The notes below the pieces were generated by a model that saw only the letters and a program-made list of their open reading frames with translations, made no database searches and had not been told where the DNA came from. From assembly GCA_000402775.1 (NCBI GenBank), contig AQSC01000058.1:1-49872 (forward strand): a stretch of DNA of 49,872 nucleotides, read 5' to 3'. Origin of the DNA: Euryarchaeota archaeon SCGC AAA252-I15. Lineage in GTDB: Archaea > Altiarchaeota > Altiarchaeia > IMC4 > SCGC-AAA252-I15. Both the position numbers and the translations under genes were made by a program. This document shows positions 27,825-35,905 of this stretch, piece by piece. Position 1 is the stretch's first letter. Every line of letters begins with the position of its first letter.

Positions 27825-28475
27825 TCAGTGAGTTATGTGGTGATAATCCTCGAATAAACCTAATTTGTATTGGTTGTCTAAGTACTCTAATGCCGGCTGG
27901 TAAGTTAACTCGTTTTCCTTGCAGAATTTGATGGTCTCTTTCAAGGGAACAACTGGAGTGCCGTCTTTCTTTTCAACCTTGATTTTATTTCTGGGGTGTA
28001 ATACGTAGGTCAACCCGAATAAAGTCCTGCTTTCACCCTCCACGACATACTCTACGTCGTTTTTTTTGAAGAATTCCCGCCAGTATTTCAAATCTTTCTC
28101 CAAGACTTCGATGTGAATGGGCTTGAATCCTCTGGTAAATCCGGTGAAATAATAACCGTCAGTCCATATGCTCACTGCGTCACTTCCGCAGAACGCATAT
28201 TTTCTCTCAGCTTTCTCTATAATACGTTCCTTATCCAAATTTCCCTTGACGATTTCGGATACGAAAACGTGGGGTTCCTTAACAGTATACTGACCCCTCT
28301 CAATTCTATCCAAATAGCCATCACTAACTAGATCATGGACTACCTTCTTGGCTTGGGGACTTGGAAAAATGGAACTAAATTCCCTTAAACTGAATTCCTC
28401 CATTCCAAAAGCCTCCCACAACCAACCGTACAACTTCAAATACATATTCATAATGGTTACTATTATGGTAACCAA
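27825..28475 (-). CDS. Winged-helix AbiEi-like antitoxin candidate
   Basis: N-terminal wHTH ending LVSDGYLDRIERGQY; lies directly upstream of the nucleotidyltransferase. True start may be 28451 or 28445. Confidence 0.65.
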   Translation of the reverse strand: MVTIIVTIMNMYLKLYGWLWEAFGMEEFSLREFSSIFPSPQAKKVVHDLVSDGYLDRIERGQYTVKEPHVFVSEIVKGNLDKERIIEKAERKYAFCGSDAVSIWTDGYYFTGFTRGFKPIHIEVLEKDLKYWREFFKKNDVEYVVEGESRTLFGLTYVLHPRNKIKVEKKDGTPVVPLKETIKFCKENELTYQPALEYLDNQYKLGLFEDYHHITH

Positions 28476-28622
28476 TATTTAAATAGTTATCGCATTTACT
28501 AAAGTGCACATACAATATTTAGACTCTTGCAAGAGCCCTTATATCGAACGGGTAAGACGACGACCCAAAGCGAGGGCCAAACAAAGGTCCCCGCTCACAC
28601 CATTATTAGGGTTGGTTAATTC

Positions 28623-30584
28623 CTAGGTTCTAACTTCAATATATTCCGGATTATTCTTTGCTATCTTACTCAATATTTTTCCCATTTCAGAATTTGCATC
28701 TTTTATTTGAATAACTAAAGTATCCATCGCTCGAGTCAAGGGGATTAACAACCAATTCTTCGCATAATCTTTTCTTCTTTCCTCATAATCCCTCAAGTCT
28801 TTTTGAACAGATACATCCTCGAAAGTTTCTAGTTTATAATTGTAAAATGTATCAAATTCAAAAATTACTGTAATCCAACCCTCTAATCCTCTACAAGAAT
28901 CATATTGTACAATTCTCAATTGGTCAACTTCAGTTGGGAAACTTTGCTTTTTCACTTTCTGAATCGTACCATCCCAAATTGGATATCCCCATTCTTTTAA
29001 AGTATTTGATAATGTGGACCTCTTGGAGTTTCTATCTACCAATTCAGGAGGCACACAGAATAGCATGTCAACGTTCTCATTTTTATCTTGTTTATTAGAT
29101 TTAACTAACTCCTCATGAAACTGTTCAGTATAGTCTCCAAATAGGATAATTATTCTTCCTCCATATAATTCTTCTTGTTTCTCAAGATCCAAATCATCAA
29201 TATTTATTTTTTTTGTGAATTCCATTAAGAACTGTACGATATTTGATTTCTGTCGCATACTTCGTCTTAAGGGAATCACTTGTTTATCCTTTACTATGCG
29301 GGGTTTAGTCCAATTGCAGGGGTCTCCCCCTCGAATCAACTGATCATATCCATCAGCTACTATCACGTTTTTAGGTTGAAACAGTGAGTATATCAGATCT
29401 CTTTCACCTGCTGGCCAATCTTGTGCTTCATCAATCATTATGTAATCCCAATCGAGTAAATCTGGACGATCAAGCATGAGATTTCTTTTTAATTCTGGTT
29501 TCGATTCAATTAGGTGTTTTAATTTGCTAGTATATTCTTTTGGGATGTCTATTGATCCTCCGTAAATTCCATGTTCAAAATCTTCTTTTGTGCGAATACC
29601 TGTAGCATAAAAAAGTTTATACCAGTAACTAGTAAGAGACATTATTTGTATAGATTCATCCACGTCGTCCTTAATTCGCATTTGTGCAAAGAGTCTCCTG
29701 ATATCAGAGATTAAAGCAAGATTGTAAGTTAATATCAATACTCTCTCCAATCTTTCTTTATAAAGTTGATGAGCGATTCTCAATAGTCGGAAGGTTTTTC
29801 CTGTACCACCTCTACCCCTAAATACGAGTAATTGTTTGTGTAATTTTTCACCATACTTCTGGTCTTTTATGATTTCCTGGCATATCTTCTTGACTTTTTC
29901 TTTGTCAAGTCGGGTTAACGCCAATCTTTTCGTCAATAAATCTTTGCAGATTTGAAATGAGTCCCCATCTAAACCAGCACTATAAACTAATTCACTAGAA
30001 TCATATCTTCTTAACGGATACCTCTGACTAAGAATAATTTTCCAAAAATCTGGTACGGTAAAATCTTTGAAAAGTAGATTTATGTCTGTAGGTAACTCCC
30101 CGAAGTCATTACTATTTGAAAATGGGAAGTATATAAGATTCGATAGCCACGGATTCGTTTTAATATGATTTATTAAATAATCTCGAAGAGAATACCTCTG
30201 ATTTCTGTTTTGATGAGTTACCGCTCTTTTTTTACCTTGAGTTGTGACATAAACTTTTGTCCCAATTATTTCAATTTTGTCACTACTATGCTTTTTTACC
30301 TCAATAGCGCAACAAAAATCCCTTATTTTAACATCACTTAACTCTAAACCATGTTCTTCCTTGTAAACTTTGGCCTCAACTCTAGTTTGATAATCCTCTA
30401 AAAAACCTATAATTACAACATCAATATCTTGGGGTAATTGTCCGTAACACTGCACAGAAGGAATAATATATACATTATTTAATGGATTATTCTTCAATGA
30501 TTCGTCCTTCGCAAGGCAATCATAAATTTTTTTTGCAGATTCATATTCAGGGTCATCAATATCTTGAAGTAACGTGATTGTCAT
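28623..30584 (-). CDS. Nuclease (NERD/PD-DExK-like) fused to an SF1 helicase
   Basis: DIDVVIIG...AIEVKKH nuclease motif; GRGGTGKT; DEAQD; CRGLEG; LTRAMD; AT-rich DNA. Confidence 0.8.
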   Translation of the reverse strand: MTITLLQDIDDPEYESAKKIYDCLAKDESLKNNPLNNVYIIPSVQCYGQLPQDIDVVIIGFLEDYQTRVEAKVYKEEHGLELSDVKIRDFCCAIEVKKHSSDKIEIIGTKVYVTTQGKKRAVTHQNRNQRYSLRDYLINHIKTNPWLSNLIYFPFSNSNDFGELPTDINLLFKDFTVPDFWKIILSQRYPLRRYDSSELVYSAGLDGDSFQICKDLLTKRLALTRLDKEKVKKICQEIIKDQKYGEKLHKQLLVFRGRGGTGKTFRLLRIAHQLYKERLERVLILTYNLALISDIRRLFAQMRIKDDVDESIQIMSLTSYWYKLFYATGIRTKEDFEHGIYGGSIDIPKEYTSKLKHLIESKPELKRNLMLDRPDLLDWDYIMIDEAQDWPAGERDLIYSLFQPKNVIVADGYDQLIRGGDPCNWTKPRIVKDKQVIPLRRSMRQKSNIVQFLMEFTKKINIDDLDLEKQEELYGGRIIILFGDYTEQFHEELVKSNKQDKNENVDMLFCVPPELVDRNSKRSTLSNTLKEWGYPIWDGTIQKVKKQSFPTEVDQLRIVQYDSCRGLEGWITVIFEFDTFYNYKLETFEDVSVQKDLRDYEERRKDYAKNWLLIPLTRAMDTLVIQIKDANSEMGKILSKIAKNNPEYIEVRT

Positions 30585-30686
30585 TGTTTCAGCAACGAAA
30601 GTATATTGTATATCTTTTAAAATAACTGAAGAATATCATAAATTAATCTTTTGCTCCGACCAACATCAAACTTGATAGATACACCC

Positions 30687-30781
30687 TTTTATTCTCTGGT
30701 TCTAATGTGTAATCAGAACAGCGAGATGCTGTTTTCGATGTAAATCGTATTGCGGATGAGTAGACGCCTGTCCGAGGCGAA
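30687..30781 (+). repeat. 95-bp junction element, copy 2
   Basis: See copy 1; ends CCTGTCCGAGGCG (30767-30779). Confidence 0.9.
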
Positions 30782-30788
30782 CCTTTGA

Positions 30789-31067
30789 TTAGTCGTGTGG
30801 TAGTTTGTATATTTTGTCGTGGTGTGCGATGCGGACGAATCTCACTAAATCGCCGTCTATTCGGAATGTTATCACAAATGAACCTGCTTGAACACGCCTG
30901 TATCCTGCAAGCGGCCTCCGGAGTGGCTTGTACGCGTTGGGATTTTCAAGTATCTGTAGAATCTTTTTATCCACATGTTCTTGCAGAGACTTGTCTTTTT
31001 TAATAATTTTTCCGTAGTCTTTCCTGAAGTACTCGCTGCGGGCTGGACGATACTTTCTCTCCATCAT
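30789..31067 (-). CDS. RelE/ParE-superfamily toxin
   Basis: 92 aa, basic; FRKDYGK...ILENP...PLAGYRRVQAGSFVITFRI...RIAHHDKIY. Confidence 0.85.
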   Translation of the reverse strand: MMERKYRPARSEYFRKDYGKIIKKDKSLQEHVDKKILQILENPNAYKPLRRPLAGYRRVQAGSFVITFRIDGDLVRFVRIAHHDKIYKLPHD

Positions 31068-31072
31068 ACGCT

Positions 31073-31330
31073 TTACTCAACTGCAGTATGGAGGTCTTTT
31101 AGGAGGTCTCGGCCGCTAGAAAACTCCTTGTACCCGCTTTTCTCAGCCTTTCGCATGGACTCTACGAACTCGGGGTTGATTTCACGTTGCTCGTCCAACT
31201 CATTGCGTAGGCCGCTTCGGACCATCTCTGAAAAGGAATGGTAGACGCCATGCTCTACAAGCGCCTTCGCCTGGTGATACATGCCAACAGGCAAGGAAAT
31301 ATTAACTTTCAGTGTATCCATGATATACAC
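31073..31330 (-). CDS. Ribbon-helix-helix antitoxin
   Basis: KVNISLP...ALVEHGVYHSFSEMVRSGLR; acidic tail; directly upstream of the toxin. Confidence 0.85.
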   Translation of the reverse strand: MYIMDTLKVNISLPVGMYHQAKALVEHGVYHSFSEMVRSGLRNELDEQREINPEFVESMRKAEKSGYKEFSSGRDLLKDLHTAVE

Positions 31331-31395
31331 TACACAAAACTAGAATAAAAACAAAATTAACCCTTTTTGCCTGCAACTCCGGACCCACGCGCAAA

Positions 31396-31412
31396 GTCCA
31401 AGTCCGGGGCGT
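31396..31412 (+). repeat. Degenerate tRNA-Asn 3' copy (att-like)
   Basis: GTCCAAGTCCGGGGCGT matches GTTCAAGTCC[TGTCC]GGGGCGT with one substitution and a 5-nt microhomology deletion. Confidence 0.65.
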
Positions 31413-31475
31413 AACCTTTATTAAATTGGTCGTAATCTGTTGATTTTTTTAAGGGGTTGTATTTCCCCCTCATTT

Positions 31476-31643
31476 TTAACCTGTCAATACTGCTTGCTTC
31501 CATTTGCGCCTGGTTGTGCGGGTTAAAATAAAGAATTTATCAACATCCTCTTGCTTTTCAGGGTCACCGCCCCGCAATCTAATAGCGCTTTTTTCTAAAT
31601 CAGTTAGTTGAGCACATGTTGGTGGCAATCTACCAGAAGTCAT
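31476..31643 (-). CDS. Possible 55-aa ORF
   Basis: MTSGRLPPTCAQLTDLEKSAIRLRGGDPEKQEDVDKFFILTRTTRRKWKQAVLTG; the only sizeable ORF found in this cassette; no family. Confidence 0.3.
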   Translation of the reverse strand: MTSGRLPPTCAQLTDLEKSAIRLRGGDPEKQEDVDKFFILTRTTRRKWKQAVLTG

Positions 31644-31810
31644 TCTTGGCTAAGTATTAAGAACAATAGGATTAAAAGTGAACTCTCAGGTTTCTCGTAG
31701 GAAAAAGTCAAGGACTTGAACTTAATCTAGACTAGAATCTTGTGTTCCCAACCTCTTGAATCCCGTAAAATCAATCTTTCCCCCCCCCTCGTCTCCCGGA
31801 TGTTACTTGT

Positions 31811-31831
31811 GTTCAAGTCCTGTCCGGGGCG
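31811..31831 (+). repeat. Perfect 21-bp tRNA-Asn 3' copy (attR-like)
   Basis: GTTCAAGTCCTGTCCGGGGCG identical to 24447-24467. Confidence 0.95.
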
Positions 31832-31865
31832 AAATTTTTCGTTCGACACCCCAGAGATTATCATA

Positions 31866-33002
31866 TCACATTAATGTCCCGTAGATTAGTCCTGCGATTG
31901 TGCAGAAGACCGTTACGAGAAGAACGTATACAAACGTTTTCTTTGTACCTATGAGACCTCGCACAACGATAACACTGGGAAAAGATAGCACGGGGTCTGC
32001 AAGCAGGTATGCAAGAAGCGGGCCCCGACCCATCCCTTGTTCTAGGAAAAGCTGAGCCATAGGGACCTCAACGAGGGTTGGGAAATACATTACTACGCCA
32101 AACAAAACGGCGAGGAAATTCGCCACGACGCTATTGCCCCCAACATATTGTCCTAGAAAGTTGTCAGGTATCAGGGGATTAATAAAGCCTGCGAAAAAAA
32201 CACCTGCTAGTAGGAGGGGGAAAATCTTCTCGACGAAAGAATATGTTTCTGAAAGCCACGATTCCCTCTCAATTTTGTTAAGCTTCTTTTTTGCCTGCCA
32301 AGCGAGGAAAACAATTAATGCGGCGAGCAGTATGGTCTTTTCTGTTAATCCAAGGCCGTAGGTTCCAACCACAAGTATGGCAAAAAGTGTCAGCAAAAAC
32401 AGTGTTGTTCTATCCTTGAATATCCGCACATACCACTTACTGTCATCTATTTCTATTGGAAGTTCTTGAATCTCCCCATCATCCTCCTTAAATAATCCTG
32501 AAAGAATGAGGCCTATTAAGGTTGCAAACACAATTGATAAAATAATCCTTGCGATTGCAAAGTCCCATCCGATGACGCCGCCTGTGAAGACAATCGCCAT
32601 GATGTTGATTGCGGGGGCTGTGTAGAGGAAGGCGATTGCAGGACCCAACCCAGCACCCCTCTTTTTTATGCCTGCAAACAACGGCAGTACTGTGCATGAA
32701 CAAACTGCAAGGACAAAACCCGCTACCACTGACAGAGGGTATGCCTTCCACTTCGACACCTTATGCCCTAAGTATCTAGTTATATCTTCTTTCGGGACTA
32801 GGGCGGATATCGCCCCCGCGATAAAAAACGCAGGTACCAGGCACGTTAATATGTGGAGTTTTGCGTAGTCGTGGAGCATGAACAGTGCGTTGGTCCAAGG
32901 ATCATCAGATTGCTGCCCGGCCTCGGGGAGGTAATATGGGAGGAAGTATAATGCGAGGAATGCCAGTACCATGAGGGCAAGCTTATTTTTTGTCTGCATC
33001 AT
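31866..33002 (-). CDS. DUF318/ArsP-like permease
   Basis: TCLVPAFFIAGAI, AVCSCTVLPLF, GPAIAFLYTAPAIN, MYFPTLVEVP. Confidence 0.9.
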   Translation of the reverse strand: MMQTKNKLALMVLAFLALYFLPYYLPEAGQQSDDPWTNALFMLHDYAKLHILTCLVPAFFIAGAISALVPKEDITRYLGHKVSKWKAYPLSVVAGFVLAVCSCTVLPLFAGIKKRGAGLGPAIAFLYTAPAINIMAIVFTGGVIGWDFAIARIILSIVFATLIGLILSGLFKEDDGEIQELPIEIDDSKWYVRIFKDRTTLFLLTLFAILVVGTYGLGLTEKTILLAALIVFLAWQAKKKLNKIERESWLSETYSFVEKIFPLLLAGVFFAGFINPLIPDNFLGQYVGGNSVVANFLAVLFGVVMYFPTLVEVPMAQLFLEQGMGRGPLLAYLLADPVLSFPSVIVVRGLIGTKKTFVYVLLVTVFCTIAGLIYGTLM

Positions 33003-33228
33003 TAATCCATTTAACTATCTCTTCCATGGTCGCGATTTTTCCAGAGCATTTAACGTTCCCGTCCAAGACCAATGCGGGAGTCATCATGACGCCGTAGGAG
33101 AGTATCTTGTCCATGTCTTCGACTTTCACAACCTCTGCGTCTGCTCCCATTTCTTCAACTGCTTTTTTTGCGTTCTCCTCAAGTTTTTTGCATTTCGGAC
33201 ATCCAGTACCCAGAATTTCAATCTTCAT
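32983..33228 (-). CDS. Small redox-active disulfide protein (Thioredoxin_3 / MTH895-like)
   Basis: MKIEILGTGCPKC...YGVMMTPALVLDG. Confidence 0.92.
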   Translation of the reverse strand: MKIEILGTGCPKCKKLEENAKKAVEEMGADAEVVKVEDMDKILSYGVMMTPALVLDGNVKCSGKIATMEEIVKWINDADKK

Positions 33229-33240
33229 TTTTTCCTTCCT

Positions 33241-33951
33241 TTATGTTAGTGCGAGTGCGATGAAGTAGAGGCCGACAAGGATGAATATGGCGGCTACTAC
33301 TTTGCGGGATGCTTTTTCCATGACCTGTGTTTTATGCATTATCTTGCCTAGAGACGAGACGCTTTTCACCAAAAGTATGGAGGATATGATTACGGGGAGC
33401 CCTGTTGCGAATGCGAAAACCGATGGAACAAGGATTGCGTCATGGGTTTTGAGAGCCAGTGGGATAAGCATTCCAAAGTATAGTACTGCGCTGAAAGGAC
33501 AAAATGAAATGGCAAAAACCACTCCCAGGAGGAAGCTACCAATATATCCTTTTTCACCCAGTCTTTGTTTCAGATTTTCAAGTCTCGTACCGCCTGATGG
33601 CAAGTTGATTTTTACGGCCTCAATCATCACCAACCCGGCCAAAAGGAGTATCGGTCCGAGAATGATTTCCCCGTATTCTTGGAATACCATTGAGGCTTCC
33701 CTAGAGTTCAAGCCCACATACACTATCAATACCGCTAACAGGGTGTAGGACATCATCCTCCCCAGCGTGTAAAGAATCCCGACAAGTATCGTGTTTTTGC
33801 TGTCGCCTATTCTTCTTGAGATGTATGCGACAGCTGTGATATTTGTTGTCAATGGACATGGGCTCAATGCGGTCATAAGGCCGATGAAGAACGCGGCGAC
33901 AAGTGGTATGTTGCTTGTACCCATTGACTCCATGAAAGACATTATATCCAT
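33241..33951 (-). CDS. ArsG-like / DsbD-like membrane protein
   Basis: ALSPCPLTTNITAV, SFCPFSAVLYFGMLIP. Confidence 0.85.
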   Translation of the reverse strand: MDIMSFMESMGTSNIPLVAAFFIGLMTALSPCPLTTNITAVAYISRRIGDSKNTILVGILYTLGRMMSYTLLAVLIVYVGLNSREASMVFQEYGEIILGPILLLAGLVMIEAVKINLPSGGTRLENLKQRLGEKGYIGSFLLGVVFAISFCPFSAVLYFGMLIPLALKTHDAILVPSVFAFATGLPVIISSILLVKSVSSLGKIMHKTQVMEKASRKVVAAIFILVGLYFIALALT

Positions 33952-33955
33952 TTTA

Positions 33956-34471
33956 CTATTGGTTCAGTTTGGCTTCGATAACGGACTTAAGATAGGACTT
34001 GTATTCCTGTTCATCATTTAATTTGTACCATACTTTTGTGTCTTCCTCCTTGCTGAATCCATTGCTGTTGTAGACTCCAATCATTAACGATGAGCCGCTT
34101 GCCCCGTATTTTTCCGCTAACTCTTTGTTTTCCGATAATTGAATGTTTATGTGGCCGAATTTCAGCCTGCCAGATTCCAACTCATTGTTGAAGTAGGTGT
34201 TCACAGTCTTTTCAGCAAATTCTCCCAGGGTTTTACATGACCAGCACTGGCTTGTTCTGTGAAAATGATAAACCTCAACCCGGACCTGCTGTGAATCCAA
34301 ACCACAGGATTGTGCATTTGGATCACATACTGATTCTGTTTTGACTGGAAGTGTCGTTGTGGTTTGTTTCTCGTTTGTTGTTGTGTTAGAAACGGTGTTT
34401 TGGTTTGTAATGCAACCTGATGCCAAAACCAGCAGTGTGAGAGCCAACAAATAGTAATGCCAATAAGCCAT
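33956..34471 (-). CDS. ArsF-like secreted thioredoxin-fold lipoprotein
   Basis: LASGC signal; VEVYHFHRTSQCWSC...AEKTV...F...GRL. Confidence 0.8.
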   Translation of the reverse strand: MAYWHYYLLALTLLVLASGCITNQNTVSNTTTNEKQTTTTLPVKTESVCDPNAQSCGLDSQQVRVEVYHFHRTSQCWSCKTLGEFAEKTVNTYFNNELESGRLKFGHINIQLSENKELAEKYGASGSSLMIGVYNSNGFSKEEDTKVWYKLNDEQEYKSYLKSVIEAKLNQ

Positions 34472-34475
34472 GCAC

Positions 34476-34497
34476 TATATTAGTAAATTTGAATATA
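34476..34497. promoter_or_regulatory. Palindromic operator TATATT-N10-AATATA (copy 1)
   Basis: Sits in the gap between arsR and the ArsF-like gene; same arms and spacing as 34781-34802. Confidence 0.65.
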
Positions 34498-34506
34498 TAA
34501 ATACAG

Positions 34507-34773
34507 TTATTCTATTTTGCCCGATGTTTCAAGCAGTTTCTTTAAAGCATTATCTGCGAGCCGGTAGTAGACGCTTAAACCGTCTTTGCGATATTTCACA
34601 AGGCCTGCTTCATGCAGTATCTTTAGGTGTGCGCTTGTCGTGGGCTGGCTTTTCCCGGTTGCAGGTATTATCTCGCAAACGCATAGCTCTTTTACAGCCA
34701 ACAATCTGATAATTGTGAGTCTTGTGGGATCTCCCAATGCCTTGAATATCTTGACCTGACGTTCTAAATCCAT
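34507..34773 (-). CDS. arsR: ArsR/SmtB transcriptional repressor
   Basis: FKALGDPTRL, ELCVCEI, SQPTTSAHLKILHEAGLV, YYRL. Confidence 0.93.
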   Translation of the reverse strand: MDLERQVKIFKALGDPTRLTIIRLLAVKELCVCEIIPATGKSQPTTSAHLKILHEAGLVKYRKDGLSVYYRLADNALKKLLETSGKIE

Positions 34774-34780
34774 CAGAAAA

Positions 34781-34802
34781 TATATTTGGATATATGAATA
34801 TA
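34781..34802. promoter_or_regulatory. Palindromic operator TATATT-N10-AATATA (copy 2)
   Basis: Immediately upstream of the arsR start. Confidence 0.65.
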
Positions 34803-34878
34803 AGACCTTATTGTCCCAACATCATTTTAATGCACAGAAACACCATAATTAATGTAAAGGACTTGGACATCTATGTTA

Positions 34879-34894
34879 ACGCCTGTCTGGGGCG
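34879..34894 (+). repeat. Outermost degenerate tRNA-Asn 3' copy
   Basis: ACGCCTGTCTGGGGCG matches ACGCCTGTCCGGGGCG of junction 1 at 15/16; preceded by GGACTTGGAC at 34859. Confidence 0.75.
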
Positions 34895-34988
34895 CAAGCC
34901 CTTTTTCTTTCTTTGAAAAAAGGGAGTGTAGCAATGGAAACAAAGCGTTCATGCGTGTCGGACTGGGGGTTTGAGATATTTCATTTCA

Positions 34989-35381
34989 TCACTTGCAGTA
35001 ACAGATTGTTGGCAGGGCACAGCAGCCCGCACCCGCTGGACGGTACGTACAAGTCCTGCCAGACGAGCAGACTGCTTCCCTGCATGCGCTGGGACTTGGG
35101 TTTCGGACATCATAACATGAAATTTTTTTGATAGTGGTTGACTGGATTGGTTGGATGGTGGTGGTTGTGGTAGTCTGCAGGGTAGTTGTTGTTGAGGTTG
35201 TTGATGAAGTAGTGGTCGTGCTTGTAGTTGTTGTTGAGGAGGTGGTGGATGTTGTAGTTGTGGTGGTTGACGTTGTTGACGTGGAAGTGGTTGATGTCGT
35301 GGTAAAACTAGGATTACTGATACATCCACAAACCGATGCCAGCACCACAAATACAATTAATAATGTTTTTGTTTGTATCAT
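34989..35381 (-). CDS. Thr-rich secreted lipoprotein-like protein with a Cys-rich tip
   Basis: LASVCGC signal, ~45-residue S/T run, six Cys in the last 36 aa. Confidence 0.75.
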   Translation of the reverse strand: MIQTKTLLIVFVVLASVCGCISNPSFTTTSTTSTSTTSTTTTTTSTTSSTTTTSTTTTSSTTSTTTTLQTTTTTTIQPIQSTTIKKISCYDVRNPSPSACREAVCSSGRTCTYRPAGAGCCALPTICYCK

Positions 35382-35905
35382 TCCACTTCCCCTCGACTCA
35401 TTACACTCCCGACAACCACACCATTAATCACGGAGAATGCCATCATGTATCCAGTAAGAACTAGAGTATATGTTAAACCAAAGTAGTGCACCAAAACCGG
35501 GATGAGAGGTATCTTGACAGCACGGTTGTAGAGAAAGACAACAAGCAGCGGGTTTTTCAATCCCTTGTCCCTCAGTTCAGCGAGCAATGGATACCAGAGG
35601 AATATTGGGCCGGTGGAAAGTAATCCCGCCAATATCGCGGTAATCCAAACTCCCACACCATCAGCCTCAACCAATCGCTTAGCCACCATCTTGGAGTCCA
35701 TGAATAGGTTGGCTGTGAAAAGGAATAACAGTACCAGGAGGAGTGAAGGCAAAAGCTGGGATGCGATCTTAAAAAAGATTTCCAGGGACGCCGTGAAAAT
35801 CAGAGGCTTCGCGGACCCAATCACTGCGTAAAGCAGGATTACCATCAAGAGGAAAATCCACTGCACCTTCAACTTGCCTTGCTCTTTCTTTTTTATCTTT
35901 TTCAT
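35378..35905 (-). CDS. Permease half (split DUF318-like)
   Basis: Start reset to MKKIKK at 35905 (ATGA overlap); LSTGPIFLWYPLL, FLYNRAVKIP. Confidence 0.8.
   Translation of the reverse strand: MKKIKKKEQGKLKVQWIFLLMVILLYAVIGSAKPLIFTASLEIFFKIASQLLPSLLLVLLFLFTANLFMDSKMVAKRLVEADGVGVWITAILAGLLSTGPIFLWYPLLAELRDKGLKNPLLVVFLYNRAVKIPLIPVLVHYFGLTYTLVLTGYMMAFSVINGVVVGSVMSRGEVE

Larger units (their letters stand above)
24468..34894. mobile_element. Composite island / cassette array downstream of tRNA-Asn
   Basis: Five copies of the tRNA 3' end (27014, 30767, 31396, 31811, 34879) separate TA, defence, resistance and surface-protein cargo; no integrase seen. Confidence 0.7.

Noticed and set aside
28520-28622. 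Hairpins between the helicase and the antitoxin as another cassette junction
   Set aside because: They lack the TGTCCGGGGCG core and the GGACTTGAAC half-site; more likely a terminator-like element or noise.
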